A stretch of DNA of 53,085 bases. Origin: a virus (lineage: Duplodnaviria > Caudoviricetes). The notes under the pieces were generated by a model. The model had not been told where the DNA came from. It did no database searches and saw only the letters and a program-made list of their open reading frames with translations. Of this stretch, positions 1 to 7,287 are shown piece after piece (position 1 is the first letter of the stretch; every line of letters begins with the position of its first letter). The position numbers and the translations under genes are program-made. The DNA is taken from IMG/VR virus record IMGVR_UViG_3300021389_000031, positions 1 to 53,085 of that record; one strand, written 5' to 3'.

Positions 1-335
1 TTAGCCCCCTGAAGGTTAGCCCCCTGAAGGTTAACCCCCTGAAGGTTAACCCCCTGAAGGTTAGCCCCACGAAGGTCGGCCCCCTGAAGGTTAGCCCTCT
101 GAAGGTTAGCCCACCGAAGGTTAGCCCACTGAAGGTTAGCATACTGAAGGTTAGCCCTCTGAAGGTTAGCCTCCTGAAGGTTAGCCCCCGCAAGGTCAGC
201 CCACTGAAGGTTAGCATACTGAAGGTAAGCCCCCCGAAGGTTAGCCTCATAAAGGTCAGCCCACTGAAGGTTAGCCCACCGAAGGTTAGCCCCCTGAAGG
301 TCAGCCCCCTCAAGGTCAGCCTCCTGAAGGTTAGC
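1..335. repeat. 15-bp tandem repeat (coding pentapeptide units)
   Basis: ttagccNNNNgaagg-type unit every 15 bp. Confidence 0.95.
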
Positions 336-401
336 CCTCACACCATCTTCAACACCTTCCAGATAGAGCTTATGTAGCCTGAGCGTTTCTTGAATTTCCA
401 T
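1..401 (-). CDS. Pentapeptide-repeat protein, 5' part (continues across the window junction into 52596-53085)
   Basis: ATG at 401 after AGGA; reads MEIQETLRLHKLYLEGVEDGVR then ANLQE-ADLEG-ADLQG-ANLRW..., about 22 A(N/D)Lxx repeats, open to the edge; absent from the ORF track because it runs off the window. Confidence 0.9.
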   Translation of the reverse strand, partial: MEIQETLRLHKLYLEGVEDGVRANLQEADLEGADLQGANLRWANLQWADLYEANLRGAYLQYANLQWADLAGANLQEANLQRANLQYANLQWANLRWANLQRANLQGADLRGANLQGVNLQGVNLQGANLQGA

Positions 402-466
402 TTGTTTTTCCTATCGTTGACGGTCCACACACACACACCACAAGGTGTTACTACGGTGACAACAGA

Positions 467-613
467 CCCCCAAGGGAAAGCCCGAGGGGGTCCAGATAAG
501 GGAAAGCCCCCAAGGGAAAGCCCAAGGGGGTCCAGATAAGGGAAAGCCCCCAAGGGGAAAGCCCGAGGGGGTCCAGATAAGGGAAAGCCCCCAAGGGAAA
601 GCCCGAGGGGGTC
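467..613. repeat. 40-bp non-coding tandem repeat, about 3.6 copies
   Basis: CCCCCAAGGGAAAGCCCGAGGGGGTCCAGATAAGGGAAAG-type units starting at 467, 507, 547 and 588 (partial). Confidence 0.95.
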
Positions 614-617
614 TAGT

Positions 618-995
618 CTAGAAACCTTCCGCCCGGAACCGCTTGCCCTTAACGCTTGGCAATGTGGTTACACCCTTAACCAATGGCTTGGGCTTGGCTT
701 TGCTATGATCTGCGCCACGGTTGATTACCTTGGAACGGTAGGCCTTGCCTGTATCTTTCACGGTAGCATCGCCCGGCTCTAACAGGCGCAACTCGCCCTT
801 AACCTCACTGGCATAAAATTCTTCACGGTACTTCTTGAAAGACGTGAGGGACGCGAAGGTGATACGTCGGGGTTTTCCATCCGTTGTCACGATAACGTGC
901 AAGGCGTAGGGCATATCGCCTTGCGCGTCAGTATCAGCATGAAAAGCAAGCCTTGCGGCTCGCTTCTTTGCATTCTTTCCCATTGTAGGGGCCAT
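618..995 (-). CDS. Hypothetical basic early protein
   Basis: 125-aa ORF directly downstream of the 998-1567 ORF. Confidence 0.7.
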   Translation of the reverse strand: MAPTMGKNAKKRAARLAFHADTDAQGDMPYALHVIVTTDGKPRRITFASLTSFKKYREEFYASEVKGELRLLEPGDATVKDTGKAYRSKVINRGADHSKAKPKPLVKGVTTLPSVKGKRFRAEGF

Positions 996-997
996 GA

Positions 998-1567
998 TTA
1001 AAGCCCTTTCAAGATTTCGGCAATGTCGGCCTTGCTCAAATTGTCGGCCTTCATCCGTGCCGCAAGGGCTTTGCCCAATTTTGCCATGGCTTCGCTCCGC
1101 GTCGTATCAGGTGCGGGGAAGACATTCTTGACATAGTCGCATGTCATACCGTCCCCGGAATTGAACACGTCCAGCAGGGCTTCCAGTTTATACTTGTCGG
1201 CAACCTTAGCCATGGTTTCAATGTGCACCATTGCGGGGCGTTTCTTGTCACCGATCAAGGCGAAATCATGCGAGGGGAAGCATGCTTTGATTGCACGTTT
1301 AGCGATAGCGGAGAGTTTGCCGTTGGCGATTGCAAAGGCTAGCGGTTGCAAATCAAAGGCATTGCCACCGTAAAGCATGGCGGGCAAGATCAATGCCAGT
1401 TCCGCCACGCCTTCTGCTTTGCGGAGTTCTTCGCGCTTGCCTTTGTTTGTCTCTTTGAGCTTGGCATAAGCTTTGATTGCTTGAGCTTGCGCTTCGTGGT
1501 CAAATGTCGTTGCAGAGGCGATTGCCAGTTCAATTGCGGTGGCGGGGGTTTTGTTCGAATTAGTCAT
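998..1567 (-). CDS. Hypothetical early protein
   Basis: 189-aa Ala/Lys-rich ORF with AAGGA RBS upstream; first gene of the leftward arm. Confidence 0.75.
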   Translation of the reverse strand: MTNSNKTPATAIELAIASATTFDHEAQAQAIKAYAKLKETNKGKREELRKAEGVAELALILPAMLYGGNAFDLQPLAFAIANGKLSAIAKRAIKACFPSHDFALIGDKKRPAMVHIETMAKVADKYKLEALLDVFNSGDGMTCDYVKNVFPAPDTTRSEAMAKLGKALAARMKADNLSKADIAEILKGL

Positions 1568-1755
1568 TGTCAGTTCCTTTCAAGGTTTGGGCGGTATTGC
1601 CCGGTATAGCGGATAGTGTATGCGACAAGACAAGCCGGTTGTGCCGTTAAGGGGGGCCTTGCGCCTAGCAGGCGGGGCCTTGTCTCTTTCCCTTTCGGTC
1701 CGGGTCGCATCCGGCTTATTCGGGCTTGTCTTGTCGCGGTCAATTTTCCGTCCGG

Positions 1756-1787
1756 TAGCTAGGGCATTTTTTCGCATACCCTGTCAA
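1756..1787 (-). promoter_or_regulatory. Possible leftward sigma70 promoter
   Basis: CTTGACA -35 at 1782-1788 on the minus strand; -10 is poor. Confidence 0.4.
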
Positions 1788-1821
1788 GCCCCCTTAGTGA
1801 GAACAAACAAGAAACATCAGA

Positions 1822-1836
1822 GAACATTGCAAGAAC
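1822..1836. promoter_or_regulatory. Alphaproteobacterial LexA (SOS) box GAAC-N7-GAAC
   Basis: GAAC-ATTGCAA-GAAC exact; one-mismatch copies at 1801-1815 and 1853-1867. Confidence 0.6.
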
Positions 1837-1988
1837 AAACGAAAATAAATTTGGACAAATAGAGAACATCCTCTGGATTATGTTACAATATAACGTAAAT
1901 TTATGGCAGGCTTATTGACCTATCTAGGCGTGAACGAATTAGCAACATGAGGTATGATGATACCCCCTTATGTGGTGCTGACCTAAGA

Positions 1989-2069
1989 TAGTTTAACGTT
2001 AAACTACTTCGGCGGGATATAGTTCAAGGTTAAACCTTTCCATGTGTGAAATGGTTCAAGGTTAAACTA
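1989..2069. promoter_or_regulatory. Three 18-bp palindromic operator-like sites
   Basis: TAGTTTAACGTTAAACTA (1989), TAGTTCAAGGTTAAACCT (2020), TGGTTCAAGGTTAAACTA (2052). Confidence 0.6.
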
Positions 2070-2633
2070 GTTTTTCGTGGTTCTCTGCGGTTTCATGGGG
2101 GTTTCCAAGTGATGCATCCCCCGTGAGGTATCCCTATACCCCATTTTTCTTCAGGGGAAAAAGATATTCCCGACGTGAAACATGTTGCAAAAATGTCACA
2201 GGAGAGGGGAGCATGTGGGTGAGGCAGGGGGGCATGGGCCATGGGGGGTGGCTATGTACGATTTATACCCACTCTGACAGAAATTTGGGATTTTTCGATC
2301 TGTAAAGGACATTATGAATAGCATCAACCTATCATAAACCCCCATATACATAGGGAAAAACTATCATAAAGGGTCCCTCTGTGTTTTGCAGCTTGAGAAG
2401 GGGTACTTTTGGTGTTTTTTGAGCGGTTTTCTGACAGTGTACGGCGGGTAGACCACATGTGTGCACTTTAAGTGGGGAACCTGAAGTAGTTGTAAGGTTT
2501 TTGGCTCTGGAAAATATTGATATTGAGGGGGCTGGAAAGGGGAAAAGGGGAGGTACTACACAAAAAGCTAGGTAACTGGACCTATCGGGCAACAAGAATG
2601 GTACCTTTTCTGGACCTAATGTCACTTTAGGGA

Positions 2634-2661
2634 TTGACAAACTTTCCGTTTCGGGTATAAT
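2634..2661 (+). promoter_or_regulatory. sigma70 promoter
   Basis: TTGACA-N16-TATAAT. Confidence 0.75.
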
Positions 2662-2920
2662 TCTCGTAGAGATCGTCTTAAGTAATACATGATGTTTCAA
2701 CCTAAGTCTTAACAACCTCTTCTAGTAAATCTAGAGAAAAAAGAAACCTAAAGTGCACTTAAGGTTACTACATAAGGTGCACTTTAAGTACGCTTGTAAG
2801 ATTTTTTCTATTTAGGTGGGAATGGTGATTAGGTGAACCAGAGGGTTCGACCCCCAAGTTGGGAACTTAAGGTACCTCGGGGGCCAGACTTAAGTATTTT
2901 TTGTTGTCCAACTTGAAGGG

Positions 2921-2948
2921 TTGACTTCAAGTGCACTTAAGGTATAAC
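2921..2948 (+). promoter_or_regulatory. sigma70-like promoter
   Basis: TTGACT-N16-TATAAC just before the 2957 ORF; GTGCACTTAAG in the spacer. Confidence 0.6.
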
Positions 2949-2956
2949 TCAAAGGA

Positions 2957-3226
2957 TTGTTTATGAAACTCTCAGATAATGTCATTGAAGAATTTTACTC
3001 TGCTGTTGCAGGTAACAACAATCATTTTATCTACTCTCTTCATATCCCTCTATCTGATGTCTTCTACACTAGGGAAGCTGTCTCAAACAAGTTCGGTAAG
3101 AGATTCACTCTGGATTACATTGAGTGGGCCATGCTGAAGGAGGGGATGATTTCCTCTAGGCACTGCTATCAGCCAGAGCTAAAGATGTCTTGGGATGAGT
3201 ATCCCTTGGATAAGGAAGTTAAGTGA
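2957..3226 (+). CDS. Hypothetical protein
   Basis: 89-aa ORF, AAGGA RBS (start may be ATG 2963), overlaps the endolysin start. Confidence 0.7.
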   Translation: MFMKLSDNVIEEFYSAVAGNNNHFIYSLHIPLSDVFYTREAVSNKFGKRFTLDYIEWAMLKEGMISSRHCYQPELKMSWDEYPLDKEVK

Positions 3227-3609
3227 TGTACCAACTTGGGATACGATCCCTTTCAAATCTGACAGGGGTTCATCCCGATTTGATTAAGGTAGTCCATAGG
3301 GCTATTCAACTCACCAAACAAGATTTCACTGTTATTGAAGGTATGAGGACTAAGAGTCGTCAGGAGGAACTCTTCAAGAAGGGTGCCTCAAAGACTTTGA
3401 ACTCACGTCACCTGACAGGTCATGCAGTTGATATCGCCCCTTGGGTAGACGGAGCTATCAGTTGGGATTGGAAGTACTACCCCGCAGTCAGGGATGCCAT
3501 GATGGCTGCTGGGGAAGAGTTTAAGGTGCCTCTCGAATGGGGTGGTAGCTGGAAGAGGTTCACGGACGGTCCCCATTGGCAATTGCCTTGGTCGGAGTAC
3601 CCACTGTGA
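3223..3609 (+). CDS. Endolysin, peptidase M15 family (L-Ala-D-Glu peptidase type)
   Basis: EGMRT..RQ, SRHLTGHAVD, WGGSW..F.DGPHWQL motifs. Confidence 0.9.
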   Translation: MMYQLGIRSLSNLTGVHPDLIKVVHRAIQLTKQDFTVIEGMRTKSRQEELFKKGASKTLNSRHLTGHAVDIAPWVDGAISWDWKYYPAVRDAMMAAGEEFKVPLEWGGSWKRFTDGPHWQLPWSEYPL

Positions 3610-3809
3610 GCCAAGAAGATTTTAACACCGTCCGGGGAGACCTCTACGCAATGGACAAGAGGTTAGCCCTCCTAGAACAAAAAGTAACTCAAATTGATAC
3701 TAACGTAGAGAAGATCGCTAGTGCTCTGGGTTGGATTGTGAAGATCACTGGCGGGGGCCTACTTACTGGTATCACTGCTTGGATCATCAAAGGTGGCTTG
3801 GGTGGGTAA
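3606..3809 (+). CDS. Holin/XhlA-like coiled-coil membrane protein
   Basis: GTG start 3606; coiled coil then C-terminal TM (WIVKITGGGLLTGITAWII). Confidence 0.55.
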   Translation: MSQEDFNTVRGDLYAMDKRLALLEQKVTQIDTNVEKIASALGWIVKITGGGLLTGITAWIIKGGLGG

Positions 3810-4032
3810 GAAAACCTTCAAAAGGGAGTACGCCCTCTTTTTTGTTGTCCTCTTGGCCTACCAGATTTGTGTAGGTAATGCGGAGATCTTAAGTATCATA
3901 ATCTGGCCCTTCATCTCTTTTGTTGCAGCTAGTGCGGGGTTACATATCTATGATAAGAACACTACTGCTTCTAGTCATGCTGACAGGTTGTACGGGACTC
4001 CCGGGAGCACTCCTCTCAACCCTGACAAATAG
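3793..4032 (+). CDS. Small membrane protein (possible holin)
   Basis: Two hydrophobic segments, inside the lysis cassette. Confidence 0.5.
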   Translation: MAWVGKKTFKREYALFFVVLLAYQICVGNAEILSIIIWPFISFVAASAGLHIYDKNTTASSHADRLYGTPGSTPLNPDK

Positions 4033-4270
4033 CCAACCCGGAGTAGCTGTAGAAGCTCAAGTTGGGAAAGAGAATACGAAGGTTATTGGTATCTCAGAAC
4101 AGGTGAAGGGTGACAAGGTTACCAAATCTGTTGAAGCCAACAACGTTGAAAATATCAATGTCCAACAAACTCCTGTGTGGTTGTACATAGCCCTGATACT
4201 GGGGTGGATGCTCCCAAGCCCGGGAGAGATGGCCAGAGGGATTCTATCCCTGTTCAAGAGGAAGACCTGA
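3950..4270 (+). CDS. Probable unimolecular spanin
   Basis: MIRTLLLLVMLTG|C lipobox plus C-terminal TM (PVWLYIALILGWMLP). Confidence 0.7.
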   Translation: MIRTLLLLVMLTGCTGLPGALLSTLTNSQPGVAVEAQVGKENTKVIGISEQVKGDKVTKSVEANNVENINVQQTPVWLYIALILGWMLPSPGEMARGILSLFKRKT

Positions 4271-4542
4271 TGCCTAGCTCCAAAAACTATAAAAGGGATT
4301 ATGGCCCCACTGGGGAGGGGAAGTACGATAAATCCCCTAAGCGGATGGAAGACAACCGGAAGCGTAAGGCTGCTAGGCGTATTCTGGAGAAACTCGGTAA
4401 GGTCTCCAAGAATGATGGTAAAGATGTAGACCATAAGAATGGTCGGCCTAAAGACAACAAAGCGTCTAACCTTCGTCCTCTCTCACCAGCCAAGAATCGT
4501 TCTATCCCTCGTACCAAGACAGCTAGGAAGAAAAATGGTTAA
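4270..4542 (+). CDS. HNH endonuclease
   Basis: ATG 4270 (MPSSKNYKRDY); DVDHKNG..DNKASNL..KNRS. Confidence 0.75.
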   Translation: MPSSKNYKRDYGPTGEGKYDKSPKRMEDNRKRKAARRILEKLGKVSKNDGKDVDHKNGRPKDNKASNLRPLSPAKNRSIPRTKTARKKNG

Positions 4543-4816
4543 AGACTACAAACTTGAGAAGGCTGGAGTTGAGGGCTACAATAAACCTAAACGTACGCCA
4601 GATCACCCTACCAAAAGCCATGTTGTTGTGGCCAAGGTGGGAACTCAGACAAAGACTATCCGTTTTGGTCAACAGGGGGTGACGGGTTCCCCCAAGAAGG
4701 AAGGGGAGTCTACAGCCTACCGTAAGCGTAGAGAGTCCTTCAAAGCCCGACATGCAAAGAATATCGCTAAGGGCAAGATGTCTGCGGCATACTGGAGCAA
4801 CCAGAGCAAGTGGTGA
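4535..4816 (+). CDS. Conserved basic phage protein
   Basis: ATG 4535; KSHVVVAK..IRFGQQG..SFKARH..SAAYWS..KW pattern typical of such phages. Confidence 0.75.
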   Translation: MVKDYKLEKAGVEGYNKPKRTPDHPTKSHVVVAKVGTQTKTIRFGQQGVTGSPKKEGESTAYRKRRESFKARHAKNIAKGKMSAAYWSNQSKW

Positions 4817-4820
4817 GATT

Positions 4821-4997
4821 GTGAAGAAGAACTGGATTCAAGAAGCTATCAAGAAACCCGGAGCTTTGCGTAAGTCTCTCGGGGTCAAGACTGGTAAGAC
4901 GATCCCAACCAAGACTTTGAACAAGGCTGCTAAGGCTCCCGGGAAACTGGGCCAAAGGGCACGTCTTGCAAAGACTCTCAAGGGTATGAAGAAATGA
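4821..4997 (+). CDS. Small basic protein
   Basis: GTG 4821; NWIQEAIKKPGALR...RARLAKTL. Confidence 0.7.
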   Translation: MKKNWIQEAIKKPGALRKSLGVKTGKTIPTKTLNKAAKAPGKLGQRARLAKTLKGMKK

Positions 4998-5395
4998 AAA
5001 AGGGTTTCATGGTTACAGCCACAATGATGGGGGATATGGTCCCTGAGATTGTGTCTGCAAAAGAGAACGAGAAAAACCTCAAACTCGTCCTAGAGAACTG
5101 GAATCTCGGGCCAGCTAAAGCTTCCCCTAAGCCGGGAGATAATAAGCCATACTGGACTAAGATGGCAAAGATCTGGGGTAACACTGAAGCAGAGGCTCGT
5201 CGTCAACTCTGTGCCAACTGTGAGTACTTTGAGGACACCCCGAGGATGATCGAGGCTATGGAAGCTATCCCATTTAATGAACTAGATGCAGATGGGGGTG
5301 GCCGTGGCTACTGCCATAAGTTTGATTTCATCTGCCACAATCTACGTACCTGCCAAGCGTGGGAAAAAGCCCCCTATTCTAAGGAAGAATTCTAA
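4994..5395 (+). CDS. Cys-motif hypothetical protein
   Basis: CANCEYF...GYCHKF..C....CQAW. Confidence 0.75.
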   Translation: MKKGFMVTATMMGDMVPEIVSAKENEKNLKLVLENWNLGPAKASPKPGDNKPYWTKMAKIWGNTEAEARRQLCANCEYFEDTPRMIEAMEAIPFNELDADGGGRGYCHKFDFICHNLRTCQAWEKAPYSKEEF

Positions 5396-5670
5396 TGTCC
5401 AACCCCTTCAACTACCTTGAGAACAACCCCACTGGTCTGATCCGAAACTGGGTTGCTGTGACACCTAACGACTCTGCAGACAATGTGGGTACAGGTAATG
5501 TAGCTATTGGTCTCTATATTACTGTAGCAGGTAACGTAACTTTTACTGATGTAGATGGTGACGATGTGACGGTGAATGTACCAGCTAACTTCTACCTCAC
5601 CTGTTCTGTAGCCCGAGTTAAATCCACGGGCACTGCTGCTACTGGCATCTTTGCACTGATCTCGGCTTGA
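5395..5670 (+). CDS. Head-spike base protein (RcGTA Rcc01079-like)
   Basis: AVTPND..GLYI..AGNV....G.......V.RV.STGT.AT.I.AL pattern, 91 aa. Confidence 0.75.
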   Translation: MSNPFNYLENNPTGLIRNWVAVTPNDSADNVGTGNVAIGLYITVAGNVTFTDVDGDDVTVNVPANFYLTCSVARVKSTGTAATGIFALISA

Positions 5671-5671
5671 T

Positions 5672-6688
5672 ATGCCCAGTATATCCCTGACACTCTCCCT
5701 ACGTGGCCAACTGCTCTCTAGCGGGCCGATTGATGCGGCGTCTCTTGTCCTGCCCGCGACCTTTGATTACGCCGCAGGAACCTATGAAGGGTCCACCTTC
5801 GCGGCGGAACACTCGTTTTCACGCGCCAGCACAGGGACTTACTTCACTTCGGCAGGGCTTTTGGCGAGTGCGGCGGTTGACACTGCGCGTTTTGATTATA
5901 ACCCAGCGACCCTTGCGGCACGCGGACTGTTGATCGAGGGGGCCGCAACCAACCTTCTGTTGCAGTCATCGACATTTAATAACGCCTCTTGGTTAAAATC
6001 CGCTGGTGCCGCTGTTACCGCAGATGTTGCGACTGGTATCGACGGCACAGCATCAGCAGACCGTCTTACTTCAACTGGCACAGGAACTGGAACACCGTTT
6101 CTGTACCAAAGCGTCTCGATGGGCGTAGGTACCTACGTTCTTAGCGTCGTCGCAAAGGCCGAAGTTGGGAATGCAGTTCGCGGCATTGCCCTTCGCACAC
6201 ATAATGTTGCAGGTGTCGTCAATGGCAGCGATGCCTTTTTCAGTCTTGATGGCGGCGGCGCGGTAGGCACCATCAACCCGGCATACTCGGCAGCCTCGGT
6301 GCGAGACATCGGAAACGGCTTTGTAGAGTGCAACCTGACGTTTGTTTGCACGGGCGCATCCAGTGCTCAAATCCGTATATACATGGCCACGGCGGCTGAA
6401 AGCACCACGATCACGCTCGGCGGTGCTGACTCGGTATTGCTCGGCGCGGCTGGCCTGCAAGTCGCACCGCTCACCTCGCATATCCCTACCACATCAACCT
6501 CGGTTACTCGCGCCGCAGACACTATCGCGGTGACAACCAACTTCGGAACCTGCGACGTGCGCATCACCTATGACGACGACAGCACAGCCGATCTGCTTGC
6601 TCAGGCAGTTACCGGAAGCTGGTGGCCGACGCTGGCCCGCCCGCGCGTCAAGAGCATCCTGTTTGCCGCAGAAGGAACCTTGCCATGA
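5672..6688 (+). CDS. Head-spike fibre protein (RcGTA Rcc01080-like)
   Basis: FSRASTGTY...RFDY.P....RGLLIEG.ATNLL...TS.IPT....VTRAAD signature; follows the spike base gene. Confidence 0.75.
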   Translation: MPSISLTLSLRGQLLSSGPIDAASLVLPATFDYAAGTYEGSTFAAEHSFSRASTGTYFTSAGLLASAAVDTARFDYNPATLAARGLLIEGAATNLLLQSSTFNNASWLKSAGAAVTADVATGIDGTASADRLTSTGTGTGTPFLYQSVSMGVGTYVLSVVAKAEVGNAVRGIALRTHNVAGVVNGSDAFFSLDGGGAVGTINPAYSAASVRDIGNGFVECNLTFVCTGASSAQIRIYMATAAESTTITLGGADSVLLGAAGLQVAPLTSHIPTTSTSVTRAADTIAVTTNFGTCDVRITYDDDSTADLLAQAVTGSWWPTLARPRVKSILFAAEGTLP

Positions 6689-7083
6689 GCTATGTTGACG
6701 CAATCCTGCACATCGAGAGTGTTCCCGATCTGATCGCGTTCTTCGCTGCCCATGCGCCCGACAAGCTGGACGCCGATGGGACTTCGATCACTGGCTTCGC
6801 CCGAACCCCGGTCGTGATGAACGGCGGGGCGGCGCTGGTCTATGTCCGCGTGACGCCTTCAGATGCTGCGGCGTTCGGGCTGGCCCCCGGCGTGACGATC
6901 TTGTCGCAGGCTCCCTACATTGGCGACGGGACGCCGGATGCGGTCTACACGGCTCTGTTCGCCAACCCGGTTGCGCTGGTCAGTTACGATGCGGTCTACA
7001 GCCGCGCGCCCTATGACGCGGATGATGGCGAGGGCGGCGTTGTCAACGTCACCCCTCCCGCAAGATTTGGACAGATGGGGTGA
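6685..7083 (+). CDS. Hypothetical fibre-associated protein
   Basis: ATG 6685 coupled to the spike stop; GC-rich; ends TPPARFGQMG. Confidence 0.7.
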   Translation: MSYVDAILHIESVPDLIAFFAAHAPDKLDADGTSITGFARTPVVMNGGAALVYVRVTPSDAAAFGLAPGVTILSQAPYIGDGTPDAVYTALFANPVALVSYDAVYSRAPYDADDGEGGVVNVTPPARFGQMG

Positions 7084-7088
7084 AGCAT

Positions 7089-7264
7089 ATGAGCGAATGG
7101 CAATCAATCATCAAAACCGACTTCTACCTGAAGCTGGATAGCGAAACCGACATGCCCACGGCACTATCCGCCTTATCGGGGACAACAAGCGGGCTGACGT
7201 AGAGGCACTGGCTACCTACTTCGTTGACCCTGAACCCACAACACCAAGCCGTGTCTGGCTGTAG
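7089..7264 (+). pseudogene. Internally deleted small fibre-associated gene
   Basis: N-terminal MSEWQSIIKTDFYLKLDSETDMPTALSA in one frame; C-terminal IRLIGDNKRADVEALATYFVDPEPTTPSRVWL* in another. Confidence 0.55.
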
Positions 7265-7287
7265 AACCTAAATAGGAGAGAATTAAA

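Noticed and set aside
338-553. 71-aa minus ORF from the track
   Set aside because: It is built from the 40-bp repeat and is out of frame with the real pentapeptide gene starting at 401.
1-613. CRISPR array
   Set aside because: The 15-bp units are coding pentapeptides, the 40-bp units have identical linkers and no unique spacers, and there is no cas operon.
1161-2715. Short track ORFs at 1161-1862 (+), 1580-1777, 2123-2305 and 2332-2715
   Set aside because: They are antisense shadows or lie in a motif-rich regulatory gap, without RBS or protein-like composition.
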